A stretch of 63,951 nucleotides of DNA, filler included, from Octopus bimaculoides (taxonomy: Eukaryota): NCBI RefSeq assembly GCF_001194135.2. It is 8 parts of 7 records of this genome, joined end to end, with 100 filler letters (N's around TTAATTAATTAA, not from the genome) between each part and the next. Parts side by side here need not be neighbours in the genome. Positions count along the whole stretch, not along the records: positions 1 to 2,831 come from NW_026379935.1; positions 2,932 to 23,389 come from NC_069001.1; 6 more parts are not named here. One strand, given 5' to 3'. The notes beneath the pieces were generated by a model. The model had not been told where the DNA came from, searched no databases, and saw only the letters and a list, made by a program, of their open reading frames with translations. The first letter of the stretch is position 1. The number at the start of each line of letters is the position of its first letter. The position numbers were made by a program, and so were the translations under genes. Positions 1-13,005 of this stretch are shown piece after piece.

Positions 1-78
1 AAGAATGGGAAAGTCATATCATTGTTCAAATGACGACAATAAAAGCTTATGAATGAATATATATACATACATATATAT

Positions 79-394
79 GGGCGTAGGAGTGGCTGTGTGG
101 TAAGTAGCCTGCTTATCAACCACATGCTTCCGGGTTCAGTCTTACTGCATAGCACCTTGGGCAAGTGTCTTCTACTATAGCCTCGGGCCGACCAAAGCCT
201 CGTGAGTGAATTTGGTAGACGGAAACTGAAAGAAGCTCGTCGTATATATGTATATATATATATATATATGTGTGTTTGTGTGTCTGTGTTTGTCCTCCCT
301 TACAAAGAATAAGTCCTGGGGTCGATTTGCTCGACTATAAAGGCGGTGCTCCAGCATGGCCGCAGTCAAATGACTGAAACAAGTAAAAGAGAGT
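79..394 (+). mobile_element. tRNA-derived SINE, CORE-like family (octopus OR2/OK-like), full length
   Basis: A-box-like TGGCTGTGTGG, B-box-like GGGTTCAGTC, MIR/CORE-like CCTTGGGCAAGTG, internal (TA)/(TG) tract, and tail GGTGCTCCAGCATGGCCGCAGTCAAATGACTGAAACAAGTAAAAGAG; many further copies in this window. Confidence 0.9.
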
Positions 395-400
395 ATGCAA

Positions 401-491
401 TACAGTACTGCTTCTATAATGCAATGCTGTTTCACCTATTGCGGGGTGGGGGCTGGAAAGTAACACCCGCGATAGTCGAGGGATTACTGTA
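401..491 (-). mobile_element. Short pogo/Tigger-like DNA transposon end (mini-MITE), TA-flanked
   Basis: Minus strand reads TA-CAGTAATCCCTCGACTATCGCGG...CAGTACTG-TA; homologous copy at 13006-13088. Confidence 0.6.
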
Positions 492-1516
492 CATACATAC
501 ATATAATATAGAAAGGCAGGCAGCCAGAAAGACAGACAGACAGACTCATGCACACATTCGTATACGGGCTCGCAACACGCACAAAGGAGGGATGGTGGGA
601 GATGTACGCTCTAAAAAACCCAAGTCTCTCTACTACGATATCATTAAAAGGAATTTAAGAGAAAAGAAAAGTGAGAGGAGGAGAAAGAAAAGAAAAATAA
701 GCCTGTTGCTAGCACACAGTTAAGTACGTATTATGTGAGATAAAATACTAGAATTGACGAGGCGGAAAGAAATGAAGGGTGGGGAGAACAAAGTTTACGC
801 CTGCCAAGAAACAATTTATTAAATTTGCAATACAGATAAAACGTTTTGTGGTTATGACAGCAGACAGGACTATTTGTCAGTGTGTTTTTCTGACCTTGTT
901 TAAAGTTTTGCCAAAAATTGTAAAGTAGTTGCGCAAATATTCATGTTTTTAAATTTAATGACAGACGTGTAGTTATTTATTGTCTTAGATATCACTGAGA
1001 TGTTCTCAATCTGATAATATACAAATATTGTTTAGAAATACGTCAGTCAGTCCCGATTCAGCTGAAAAGAATTTTAGTCGTGACCATCCTGTCTTTGTTT
1101 TTATTTATTTATATTTTTTATGGGTATTTTTAATGTATCATTTTCTATTTTAAGACTGCTGGTTGTGATTTCGAAATTGATCTGGACACACTTAACGAGC
1201 CTCCGTATATATAAGGACACCTGATTTATTCAATATATCGGATCTTTTTGGTTTGACGGGCAACACTTGTTTTCTTAACGAAACACTTTCAAACTTGGGA
1301 TACTGGTAGAATGTGTCATATAAAACATCTCTTAGCCTTCTTAACAAAAATTAGTTCTTAATAAGTTATTTCATGTTAAAGTTGTCGTATTTCTGTAATT
1401 TCAACCAATCACTGACGTCTATTCAGCTGAATACAGTTAATGCTCTTTTTATAAACTATAATTTTTACCGGTGTCAAGAGTGTTATTCCCTGTTTAATTA
1501 TATCATTATTCCCTAG

Positions 1517-1593
1517 TAAGGGTTTAGGGTTTTAGGGTTAGGGTTCGGGTTTTAGAGTTAGGGTTAGGGTTTTAGGGTTAGGGTTGGGGTTAG
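1517..1593 (+). repeat. Telomeric (TTAGGG)n tract with variant units, running into a gap
   Basis: About 12 units: TTAGGG, TTTAGGG, TTTTAGGG, TTCGGG, TTTTAGAG, TTGGGG; N run from 1594 to 2267. Confidence 0.9.
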
Positions 1594-2431
1594 NNNNNNN
1601 NNNNNNNNNNNNNNNNNNNNNNNNNNNNNNNNNNNNNNNNNNNNNNNNNNNNNNNNNNNNNNNNNNNNNNNNNNNNNNNNNNNNNNNNNNNNNNNNNNNN
1701 NNNNNNNNNNNNNNNNNNNNNNNNNNNNNNNNNNNNNNNNNNNNNNNNNNNNNNNNNNNNNNNNNNNNNNNNNNNNNNNNNNNNNNNNNNNNNNNNNNNN
1801 NNNNNNNNNNNNNNNNNNNNNNNNNNNNNNNNNNNNNNNNNNNNNNNNNNNNNNNNNNNNNNNNNNNNNNNNNNNNNNNNNNNNNNNNNNNNNNNNNNNN
1901 NNNNNNNNNNNNNNNNNNNNNNNNNNNNNNNNNNNNNNNNNNNNNNNNNNNNNNNNNNNNNNNNNNNNNNNNNNNNNNNNNNNNNNNNNNNNNNNNNNNN
2001 NNNNNNNNNNNNNNNNNNNNNNNNNNNNNNNNNNNNNNNNNNNNNNNNNNNNNNNNNNNNNNNNNNNNNNNNNNNNNNNNNNNNNNNNNNNNNNNNNNNN
2101 NNNNNNNNNNNNNNNNNNNNNNNNNNNNNNNNNNNNNNNNNNNNNNNNNNNNNNNNNNNNNNNNNNNNNNNNNNNNNNNNNNNNNNNNNNNNNNNNNNNN
2201 NNNNNNNNNNNNNNNNNNNNNNNNNNNNNNNNNNNNNNNNNNNNNNNNNNNNNNNNNNNNNNNNNNNACGTATCTCAATCGATCTCTATCTATCCAATCA
2301 ATCCATCTGTCTTAAATTAGAAAATGACTCATGAGAGAAACCCGTAAAAAAAAGGTAGAGATGATCACGACAAAAACTTTCTTCACTGTTAGATCGAGGT
2401 TGACGTATTTCGAAGCATTTACATAAATTAT

Positions 2432-2700
2432 AAGAATGGGAAAGTCATATCATTGTTCAAATGACGACAATAAAAGCTTATAAATGAATATATATACATA
2501 CATATATATGGGCGGAGGAGTGGCTGTGTGGTAAGTAGCCTGCTTATCAACCACATGCTTCCGGGTTCAGTCTTACTGCATAGCACCTTGGGCAAGTGTC
2601 TTCTACTATAGCCTCGGGCCGACCAAAGCCTCGGGCCGACCAAAGCCTCGTGAGTGAATTTGGTAGACGGAAACTGAAAGAAGCTCGTCGTATATATGTA
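2432..2700 (+). repeat. Near-identical duplicate of window positions 1-~255 (unique flank plus SINE head)
   Basis: Direct alignment by eye; very few substitutions plus a 17-bp tandem duplication (2611-2627 / 2628-2644). Confidence 0.9.
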
Positions 2701-2831
2701 TATATATAGAGAGTAAAAGATTATACATACATGTGTGTGTGTGTGTGTGTGTGTACGTATGTATATATGTAGTTTTTGGAATAATAATATACGTCAGTTA
2801 GTGTGTTGAGTAAAGCACTTCACAGTTTGGG

Positions 2832-2931
2832 NNNNNNNNNNNNNNNNNNNNNNNNNNNNNNNNNNNNNNNNNNNNTTAATTAATTAANNNNNNNNNNNNN
2901 NNNNNNNNNNNNNNNNNNNNNNNNNNNNNNN
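2832..2931. other. Artificial contig-joining spacer (44 N + TTAATTAATTAA + 44 N)
   Basis: Exact 100-bp structure; the palindromic 12-mer gives stops in all six frames. Confidence 0.97.
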
Positions 2932-2968
<37 letters not shown>

Positions 2969-2975
2969 ACACATA

Positions 2976-3235
2976 CGACGGGATTCTTTCAGTTTCCGTC
3001 TACCGAATGCACTTGGAAAGCTTTGGTCGGCTCGAGGGTATAGCAGAAGATACATGCCCAAGGTGTCACGCAGAGGGACTGAACCCAAAACCATGTGGTA
3101 GGGAAGCAAGCTTATTACAACACAGCCCTATAGGCTATAGTAGGAGACACTTACCCAAAGCGCCACGCAGTGGGGCTGAACTCGAAACCTTGTTGTTGGT
3201 AAGCAAGCTACTTACTACACAGCCACTTATGCGCC
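2976..3235 (-). mobile_element. Two tandem CORE-like SINE 5' heads
   Basis: Reverse complement of the family head/CORE seen twice in succession. Confidence 0.8.
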
Positions 3236-3254
3236 TATACCCACTCCTGCGATG

Positions 3255-3299
<45 letters not shown>

Positions 3300-3900
3300 A
3301 TAGATAGATAGAAAGATGTGTGACGAGCGTCTTTCAGTTTTCGTTTGCGAATTCTAGGCTTTGTTATATTAAAGGACACCTGCTACTATTTCTTCTCCAC
3401 GACTTTGCAAATTAGAAATCCTTTAGTTTGTTTGGCAGAACATAAAAATAACAAATCTGGCAATTAAATTTCACATTGACAATAGCATAATTCTTACTAA
3501 TATCTCGTATCTTGATATGACTATTAACAATGAAACCAGTAAAGAGGAATACAAACAAACGTGCTAAAAAGCAATTTATCATAAAAATCATTATACTGAA
3601 AGTAGTCATTATCACCATTTTTGTACTTAACAACTCAACAACACTCTTATCTTTACTAGCAAATGTGAAATGCTAGAATCATTATGTTTGACAGTGGCAA
3701 CATCAAACAAAATATCCCATAAAAATAACCTGCCGCGGAGCAAATATCTTGGCAGTTGCAATAGCAAATGCGATACAATTGCTGTTGTTGTTATTGTTGT
3801 TATTATTATTATTATTATTATTATTGTTGTTGTTCTTGTTCTTCTTCTTCTTACTACTACTACTACTACTGCTACTACTACTACTACTAATAATAATATT

Positions 3901-4925
3901 GAGCTGGCATAATTGTTTGAATGCCGAGCAAAATGCTAGCGGCATTCATTTTGTCCGTCATTGCGTTCTGAGTTCAAATTCTGCTGAGGTCAACTTTGCC
4001 TTTCATCCATTCGGGGGTCAATAAATTAAGCACCAGTCAAATACTGGGTTCGATATAAACGACTAGTCCCCTCCTCCATTGTGCCTTTAGTAGAAAGGAT
4101 TATTATCATTATTATTATTATTATTATTATTATCATTATTAGTAGTAGTAGTCTTAATAAAGGCAGCGAGCAGGCAGAATCGTTACCACGTCGGGCGAAA
4201 TACTTAGCGACATTACGACCGTCCTCGCGTCTGAGTTCAAATTCCACCGAGGTCAACTTTGCCTTTCATCCTTCCGATGTCGATAAAACAAGAACCAGTA
4301 GAACGCTGGGTTAGATGTGATCGACTAGACCCCCACCTCACAAATTTCAACCCTGGCGCCTATAGCAGAAAGGACTATTGCTATTCTTAAGAAGGTGGCG
4401 TGCTGGCCGGATCATTAGCAAGCCGGTCTTCATGTTCTGAGTTCAAATTCCAGCGTGGTCGCCTTTGCCTTTCATTCTTTCGAGGTCGATAAATTAAGTA
4501 TCAATGAAACACCGGGGTCGAGGCAATTGAATAGTCTCCTTCCAACAAATTTCAGGCCTTGTGCTTTTAGTCGAAAGGTTTATTATTATTTTTAAGTAAA
4601 CGTCGAGCTGGCAGAATCGTTAGCAAGCCGGGTGATATGCTTGGCTGTATTTCGACCATCCTCACGTTCTGAGTTCAAATTCCGCCAAGGTCAAATTAAT
4701 CGATGTAATCTACTCATTCCCTTCTCTGAAATTGTTGCCCTTATGACAAAATTTGAGATTATAATTATTATTCTTAAGGCGACGAGCTGACAGATTTAGC
4801 ATGCTCAGCAAAATTCTTGACGGCAAATTCTTCCGGGTTTACGTTCTCAGTTCAATTGCCACCGAGGTCGACATTGCGTTTCATCCTTTCGGATCGATAA
4901 AATAGAGCACTATTTGAGCACTGGT
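3901..4925 (+). mobile_element. Array of five diverged Nin/Deu-domain tRNA SINE copies separated by (ATT)n tails
   Basis: Repeated GAGCTGGCAGAATCGTTAGC...CTGAGTTCAAATTC...GGTCRACTTTGCCTTTCATCCTTTCGRGGTCGATAAA starting near 3901, 4160, 4392, 4605 and 4776. Confidence 0.85.
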
Positions 4926-7900
4926 AAACTCTAAATAAAGTCAAAGAAAAATGAACCCTAAAGAAAGTGAAACAGCATAATCTAAAGATGCAACAAGAGT
5001 AACGAAAATGATCTACAAACACTCGCTCACTATCAGAACATTTCTGGCTAGGACAGGTAAATGGGAGTTGAGAGAATGACTCTAATTAAGTACATTTGTT
5101 GAATGCAACATCAGAGCAGAGAATAAGGCCAAGCGGAGTCATATACATTCAACACTCACGTGTTGTGTGTTCAGTATTTAATTTTGATAGTGTATTCAAG
5201 AAATCAAATATATTTGATAGTTAATGTACTGAAGGTTTATTTTTGGTTGGTGCGTTTCTATGGTTGTCCCAAAGGCTATTATCGAATTTCGAGTAATGTT
5301 TATAATTTCATTTCATTTTCTAAGTTCCTACTTATTCGATTTCGATAAAAAGGTAATAATAATAATGATAAAAACCAGAAAATTCTTTCAATCATTTTCA
5401 CAATCTAAAAAGTGGTATTCTTTTATATATCACCCATGTGGAAAATAACGAAATACATGTTATTGTTATAATAATAAATAAAATTAAATAATGAAAAATA
5501 AAGTATTATCTTTATTGTATCATCATAGTTATCATTATCACTAAAATTTCTATTATTGTTGTTATTATTATTATTATTATTATTACTATTATTATTATTA
5601 TCACCATCATCATCATTACTACCACTATTTTCATAAGAGTGTTATTGTGTTATTTTGAAACGAACCTACTGTTTTGTTTGAGTTCCACGAAAAAGCAATG
5701 CTTGAGCGGATTCTTTTATGGCAGAACGTTTTTTCTGCAAAAGTTAATCGATTTTTATGAAATTCTTGAAGGTCCACACCGTTAGTTGCATTAAAGGAAA
5801 TATTTGTCTTCAGATGCTTATATGCGCGGTATATATACCTTTGGCAAATAATCACCAGTAACATTTTTTTTTCGTGCTTTAAAATGGTACCCAAAGCATT
5901 GGAATGTGGTGATGGTATAGCTGGTGATATCGCTTACAGCAATAATTTAAGCTGAAAATGACCCGCACCATTTCTAAAAATTATTTTTAAAATCACCAGA
6001 TTTATTGATATGTTGGAGGTAAAAGGAGGGTCTATGCGCATGAAAAACGGGAAAGACAAAGAAAATGTAGAAAGCGCAAGTATGACCGAAAATAGTATGA
6101 CCGAAATCTCTCTCCTTGCAGGTTGAACTTGCCGATGAAAGATGACAGAAAATGACGTGCGTTTGTTCTGAAGAGACTTTATTAGGCGCATCGTAATAGG
6201 AAATATTGAATTTCGGAGAGCTCTTACCGAGTTTTAGCTTGAATGGAAGCGTATGTTAAATATAATGACAGGGACTCAATCGAGGGTATAAGTAATATGA
6301 CTGTATTATAAGCCATCCTACAGGAAGCTGGAGTACTATATGGTTCTCAGGAAAAGAAAGTTCACAACCTGAGATATTGGCATTAATATTCGAGTTTGGT
6401 TTCTTGGCAAATGCATGCAACATTGGGTTTCGACGATGGTGCGATCGTGATATACACATTATGAACACATAGGCGACCATGTTCTGATGATTTCGATGGC
6501 AACTATGGTGAAAAGATACAATGTTAAAGGAACACAAAGAAAGGTTAATCAACCATGGTAATCAAACCATGCGTCTGTAAAGGGAATTTGACAATCATCT
6601 ACCTGAAATAAAACGAAAGCCAAACAAAAATGGGAAATGGCCGCAAAACATAGGAGCAGAAAGATTAACAATTTACAGGCCCCAGAATTAACACCTCTTG
6701 TCATTACTATGCCATTTTCTAGCTCAGATGTATGAAGAACTGGAAGCCAGGAATGTTGCCTTATCCCGCGTAACGCAAACCAGTAGAATCGACGATTATT
6801 AAGAAATTGGTGTGTTTCTTGATTCTGGAGAATTTCGACCAGAAGCTATAATCAACAATATAATCGATTCATCATACAGTAATTCATAGTTGTGTCATAG
6901 AAATGGCCAGAAGCATTAATTCTCTTGCTTGCAATTGTTACTCACTTTGCTTTCCTTTTCATCTTTTTCTTTCGGGTAACTAGTTGTTAGATGGCCTTTA
7001 CAAGATCATGTGTAGTAACTCTGCCGTTTTGCCCTAAAGGAGGATATAGAAGCTAGAGAAGGCTGGAATACACTTGGGGAGTAAAACAAAAAAAGCGTGG
7101 AGAAAACATGAAAGAGAATAGGGTCAATGTAAGAAAGCGGCTGCACGCTTTTCTGAAAAATCAGCCACACCACGAAGCAGTAGAACTATGAGAATTAGAA
7201 GAAAAAACTTAGGTTAATGGTAACAGTAAAATTGGACAAACCAAATAACATGCTGATTGGAGAGAAGATGGTAGGACCAATGGTCCCTATTTGATTGGTA
7301 TTTATTAATACTCACATCAGCAGTCTATCAACACGCGAATTATTAGGGCTCATGAACATCTAAAAATACTAACGAATACTTTCCAAGTACTCAGTTTTCA
7401 GTTGGTTATCATAGCGGAAACTGGTCAGTAAATAGTTATGTTCTGATTCTACCGGCATAGCTGATGCGCATACCTGTGTACGTGGGTCAATCATTTGTAT
7501 TTGTCTGCTGTTCCAGTTATTTGAACGGCCTTAATATATTCGATTGCTTTTCCCATACCCTTCGTTTATCACCTATCTATATATCTATCTATCTATCTAT
7601 AGATATACATACACACACAGACATATATGTGTATGTGTAATTTTGTGTGTGCTTTTTTGTGTGTATGTGAGTCTACGTGCGTACATTCCCAACGTTTTCG
7701 ATAATGATTTCTTAGGGGGTTTATTGGTAGAAATGGCGTAACTAGAAACATAAATAGCTTCCGGGTATTTGGAAGCTTTTCCCAGTATCCTGAGGTTGCA
7801 ATGAATATTTGATGAGATTTTATTTGACAAATTGTTACTTTTTACTGCAGTCATTTGGGTTTTTGTACTTTTGGTCTAAAACGACATTGAAATGACGGGA

Positions 7901-8999
7901 AGGATTTCTCAATAAGACCAGTAATACTGTAGTCTTAAAATGTAAACAAACACGACCCAATTATAGCTAAAAATCTAAATGACTATAAAACAATATTAGA
8001 ATTAAAGAAACAGACACAGCTTGAAGCATAAACAATTAGAAGTGTAAAATAGAAATCAAAATAAACCAAAATAAGTTGAAAAATATTAATTGCAATGAAA
8101 AGAAATAAATCTAGGTAACACTGTGAACTACATCAACAGCATAAACAACATCATGTCACTGGTAGTAAATATTTTCACTATAAAGGGCTCCTCACTATAA
8201 GCAAGCCCCATGAAAAAAAGAAAATAGGGGAAATGTGAAACAGAAAGACAGAGACACTGCGCCAGAGAATCTTCCTAGAAATAGCATAGATGAAAGAGAT
8301 ACAGCACTGTGTTGCAAATAATGGAGAGTTTTTTTAAATTGCCTCGTGGTTTGGGTTAAAGAAAGCCCGGAAATGATTTATACTCCATTTGCCCTGAAAC
8401 TAAACATGATACGTATGCTCAGGTAATAATTGCATATTGATCGCCTGCTACAGACTGATGCCAGTGTACACGGGTAAAACAGGAACAGAAACGACTAAAG
8501 TTTATGTCCTGATATTCTCGTGAAAGTAATTGACAAAAAGATAATGTTAACAAGACCACTCAGAGAGCGCAAAGCTCCACCAGGGCAACACCAACGTCCT
8601 CTCAACGATTAGCCGGAGATGATGTTTAAAATGAGAATATCTGAAATGAACTCGATTGCTTTCACATACTAAAAATGAACCCGACAGCTCTCAAACATTA
8701 AGTAAAAGAGCTGGAAAGATAATCCAGAATCCTTGTCCGGTACCGGATCGATACCAAAATCTAATCAGTTCGTGTCAGTCACGAGGTCAAAAATCCCTGA
8801 GAGTTTCATCCGACTCCATCCAACCTTTTCCTCTTGTCCACAGACAAACACGGTTGAGAACAATGCCTCCGCCTTCTGTAAGGCGGAGGTAATAATGACA
8901 AAAATTACAAGACAATATCATTCGATCATTATGAACTAATAAGCTATGCAACAAATTAGAAATACTGAAGACGAAAGGAAAAGGGAAGGGAAATGAGAG

Positions 9000-9890
9000 C
9001 ACAGGAGGAATGTGTTCGAAACAAAATTAAATCTGGGAATATTATTAAAGCAATAAATACAAAACCTATGCTAGTATTGGCATACTCTGCTCCCTTTCTG
9101 AAATAGAAAACGTCGAGCAACAGAAATTGGAGAGAATTAGAAAGCTGCTCACAGTACACAAATAATGCCGACAAACTCTCCTTGCCAAGAAAGGATGTGG
9201 CCGAGGATTACTAAACGCATAAGACAATGTTAGTTCCAAGATATTAAGATTAAAACATGTTATGCAGAATAAGGAATTCTATTGGCAGCTACATGTGCCC
9301 AATAGTGGCTGAAACTGTAGAAGAATTCAAAGAGAGAAGAAAGAACAGAGCGAACAAATGGAAAGAAATGAAATTATATAGTCAAGTCATGGAAGAAATC
9401 GAGTAAGCTGAAAGTAAAGAACGTTGGCTCTGGTTGATGGAGAAGAACTTGAAACCTGCTACCGAAATACTGATTATAACCGTTTACCAACAAGCTATGA
9501 GAGCAAATCTGATAAAGACAAACATTGACAAAGTTTAGTAAGACAGCAAATGTAGAATATGCAGAAGGGGGAGGCGAAGAAAGTATTGGTCATCTCTTGA
9601 ACATGAACAAAACAAAAATAAAGAATATAAGTGCAGGCAAGACTATATAGGTAAAGGAGTGTTTGGGTGAGATGAGTGAGTGGTTTCAAAATAATAGAAA
9701 GATGGTATGAACACAAATCAAAATCTTTGGTAGAAAAGGAGAATTATAGGATTTTAAAAGAACTCCCCATAACGACTGACTATGCTATTGTAGAAAGAGG
9801 GTCAGATATGAATATAGGGGACAAAATAGATTATAGATTATAGAGGACAAAATAACCAAAGTTCATAGATTTGCACTTCACTGTGATTAC
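9000..9890 (+). mobile_element. Degenerate R4/Dong-like (RLE-type) non-LTR retrotransposon, RT C-terminus to CCHC region
   Basis: Interrupted translation: KSGNIIKAINT..LAYSA, DKLSLPR..GRGLL, WLWL..LKPATEILII..QQAMRANLIKTNIDK, SKCRIC..EESIGHLL, KEYKCRQDYIG; multiple stops and frameshifts. Confidence 0.8.
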
Positions 9891-10002
9891 AGAGTTGACA
9901 CCAAATAAATAGAAAAAAAGATAAATACCAAAGATCTAGCCAGAGATATACACTGTGGAGGACCAAGACAAGCATTCGTGTGGTAATTTGTGCGCATGTA
10001 TA

Positions 10003-10760
10003 TACGAGGGGATGTCAGATATGTCTTTCCGCCAAAACTTTCTTTCAGCTAGCTGTACTGCCTTCAGAGTTAGCGTGTTAAAAGGTGGTGCGCTTGAGAT
10101 TATGTTACCAAGTTTTAACCTTGATCGATTCAGTTTCCTCTCCTATGATTAAAATTAAGCATGGCTACCCCACTAGCAGTGCGCAGTAAAGAGGTCTATA
10201 ATTCGATTTTCCTGGCCTGGAGGTGTGTCAGCGGTGAAATTTATCGTTGGCTATGAGTACAATAGAGGACCAGAGCTCTACCGCGTAGATGTTTGTATGA
10301 GCAGATCGACAATTTCAAAATGGCCAGACAATCGTGAAGCACGAAGAGGGAGCAGGACATCCATCAGCATCATTTATGTGAAGTTTCAGCAAGCTCGAGT
10401 AATGGGTCTGGTGAACAGGCGAGCGAGTAGAAAGCAGGTTTTCTGAAAATTAGTTATGGTTCTACATACGAAATCATCCTCGACAAACTTAGCTTCCGTA
10501 AAGTCTGTGCTAAATATGTACCGAGAAAGCTGTCAACGTTTTCTCAATCATTACAATGTTGAAGGCAAAGCCATTTTTTTTTAAGAGTCACAGGAGATGA
10601 AACTTTGAAACAGACTCCAAAAGCAGTCTATGAAGTGGTATCTCTCGGTACCGCCATCGAGAAAGGAATTCAAGACTGAAACTTCTGCAGAAAAAGTGAT
10701 GCTAACCGATATTTGTTACAAGAAAGGGCCTATACTGAAACATTACCTGGAAAACATTAA
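10003..10760 (+). mobile_element. Degenerate mariner transposon, 5' half
   Basis: TA-CGAGGGG TIR start at 10003; translated fragments IRFSW, KLSFRKVCAKYVPRKL (WVPRxL motif), VTGDET, KQSMKW..FKT..SAEKVMLT..KGPILKHYLE; truncated at a (TA)n tract. Confidence 0.85.
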
Positions 10761-10776
10761 TGTATACATACATCTC

Positions 10777-10815
<39 letters not shown>

Positions 10816-11040
10816 CAAATTAAAAGGGTAAAGGTTTATCAATTTATTAATTTATTAATAAATCAACAATTAATAATTTTTACCAAGCCCTTCGGTATGT
10901 AAACACCATTATCGGTGGAGAACTTATTTAAAAGTTATTATACATTTATAAACATAATTAAGGGATCAGCAAACATTTGCTTCACCACATACCGAAGATC
11001 AGAAATAGCAGCTAAAAAAGCTAAGACTCCAACAGATAGC

Positions 11041-11099
<59 letters not shown>

Positions 11100-12814
11100 G
11101 TATGTATATGAAACGGAAATGGGGAACAGTTAGAAAAAGATATTCGAAAACATTCTCCGGTTATAGAATTTCTTAGTTACAGTAGGTTACTTGTGCACAG
11201 CATATAATGGAAAAAGGTGGGAAAAACGAAGAAAATAGTGAAAGTCAAGCCAGAGATAGCTGACTAGAGAGAGATAGAGAGAGAAAGAGTTTGTGTGTGT
11301 GAGAGAGAGGGGAATAGGGGTAGTGAGACAGGTGGTGAATACAAAAGAAAGAAATTAGAAAGCAAAAAGATTACTATCGTGTGAGAAAATATAACAAAAA
11401 GGCAGCGAAACGAAGTAAATTTAAAATAACTATTCTATAATATGTCGCTATTAGATATATATATATAAGGATTTCAGAAATAGTAAATGGCAGAAATCTT
11501 ATAACCATTCTCTGTGATTAGATTGTGAATCTTTAATATGATTTTCTGTTGAAAAGTTCGTAGTTAATTTCGAGTCTCGATAAATGAATTTAGCCTTTTT
11601 ACAAATTAACAATAATCCGACATTTTCTCACAGACAATGTTACAAACTGAGATGTGGAGCGAAATGGTGTGGATGTGTTCGTATGCATGCATGTATGTAC
11701 GTACGTACGTACGCATGTAAATATGAATGTGTATATGTGTGTGTTAATATATATATATATANNNNNNNNNNATATGCATATGTATACGTATTTATTTTGT
11801 ATGTGTGTGTAAATATGGATATAGGTAGGTTTTTATGCATGTCTATAGATGTGTATGGTTTTTCTGCATGTAACGGTAAGTCTGTGTCATACGCATCAAG
11901 ACATACATACACACATACATGTATTTACACGAACACACGCACGCGCACACACATGCATACTTACATATATACATGTTATATTTAAACGTGTACGCATAGG
12001 TAGAAACACTGTTGTCCACACATATGTAGAGAACTATACACTCAAAGCCGCACGCATAAATGTAGAGAGAGAGAGAGAGAGAGAGAAAGAAAGAGATATA
12101 CTTAAATAGTTCAATGTGTTATATAAACATATATACATATATATATGTGTGTGTGTGTATATATGTAGATAAAACACGGTAACGTGCACATAGATTAGAA
12201 CCAAGCATCTGTAAGTATGTGCATGTATGTGTGGTGGTGTGAAGGAAGGTGTGCGTGTTTGTGTGTGTATATAGATACGCAGAAGGAGAATGGATAGAGT
12301 GCTGAGCTCAAGCTCAAGCTCATAATGCTGTGGGTTCGATACTGAATAGTTCATTTTATCCTGTACCAGGCACTTCATTTTATATTTCTGTATTCGACAC
12401 AGCTGAATATGATTTCCGGCCTAAGATTGGTACATCTCTCTTCCTTTCTAACTTATACATTTTTAATGCGCAGGGGAAAGGGTCCTTGTGTCAACTCAAA
12501 ATTACATTGGTGTCTAAAACAATTACTGAAGGCATAGTAAAATCTATGAAGACTAACGATTCAGGAACAAACTGTGGCTGAACTTGAGTTCTTAAGGAGA
12601 GAACGCAAATCTTTAATTCATGCACTGCAAAAGATCATATTTGGGACTAGAAGAATTTGATTTTAAAAGATGAGGAACAAAACAAGATCCTTTCTTTCCC
12701 AACCTCGTTACTAACGAGGTGGCCGGTCAAACTTTTTTTTCAAATTAAAATGAGAAAGAGGACACAAAACATATACATGTGTGTATGTAGAAAGCGTTAA
12801 GTTGTTAGACTGTT

Positions 12815-12968
12815 TGCCAAGACGAGCAAGCTGTATTTCGGCATTTCTTCCAGCTTACAGCTTTGAATATAAATGCCACCGAGGTCAACTTCTTCCATCC
12901 TTTAGGGGGTCGATGAATTATGTGCCAGTTTGGCACTGAGGATGATGTAATCGACTTCACACTTCTCC
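12815..12968 (+). mobile_element. Diverged Nin-domain SINE
   Basis: CCGAGGTCAACTT..CCATCCTTTAGGGGGTCGATGAATTA motif. Confidence 0.65.
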
Positions 12969-13005
12969 CAAACTACGGGACTCGAAAGATATCTATATCC
13001 GCACA

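Noticed and set aside
3901-4925. CRISPR-like repeat/spacer appearance
   Set aside because: The units are ~200-bp diverged SINEs in eukaryotic DNA; no cas genes and no constant short repeat.
6723-6802. Possible terminal exon QMYEELEARNVALSRVTQTSRIDDY*
   Set aside because: Only 25 codons, overlaps an equally open antisense frame, and has no supporting upstream exon.
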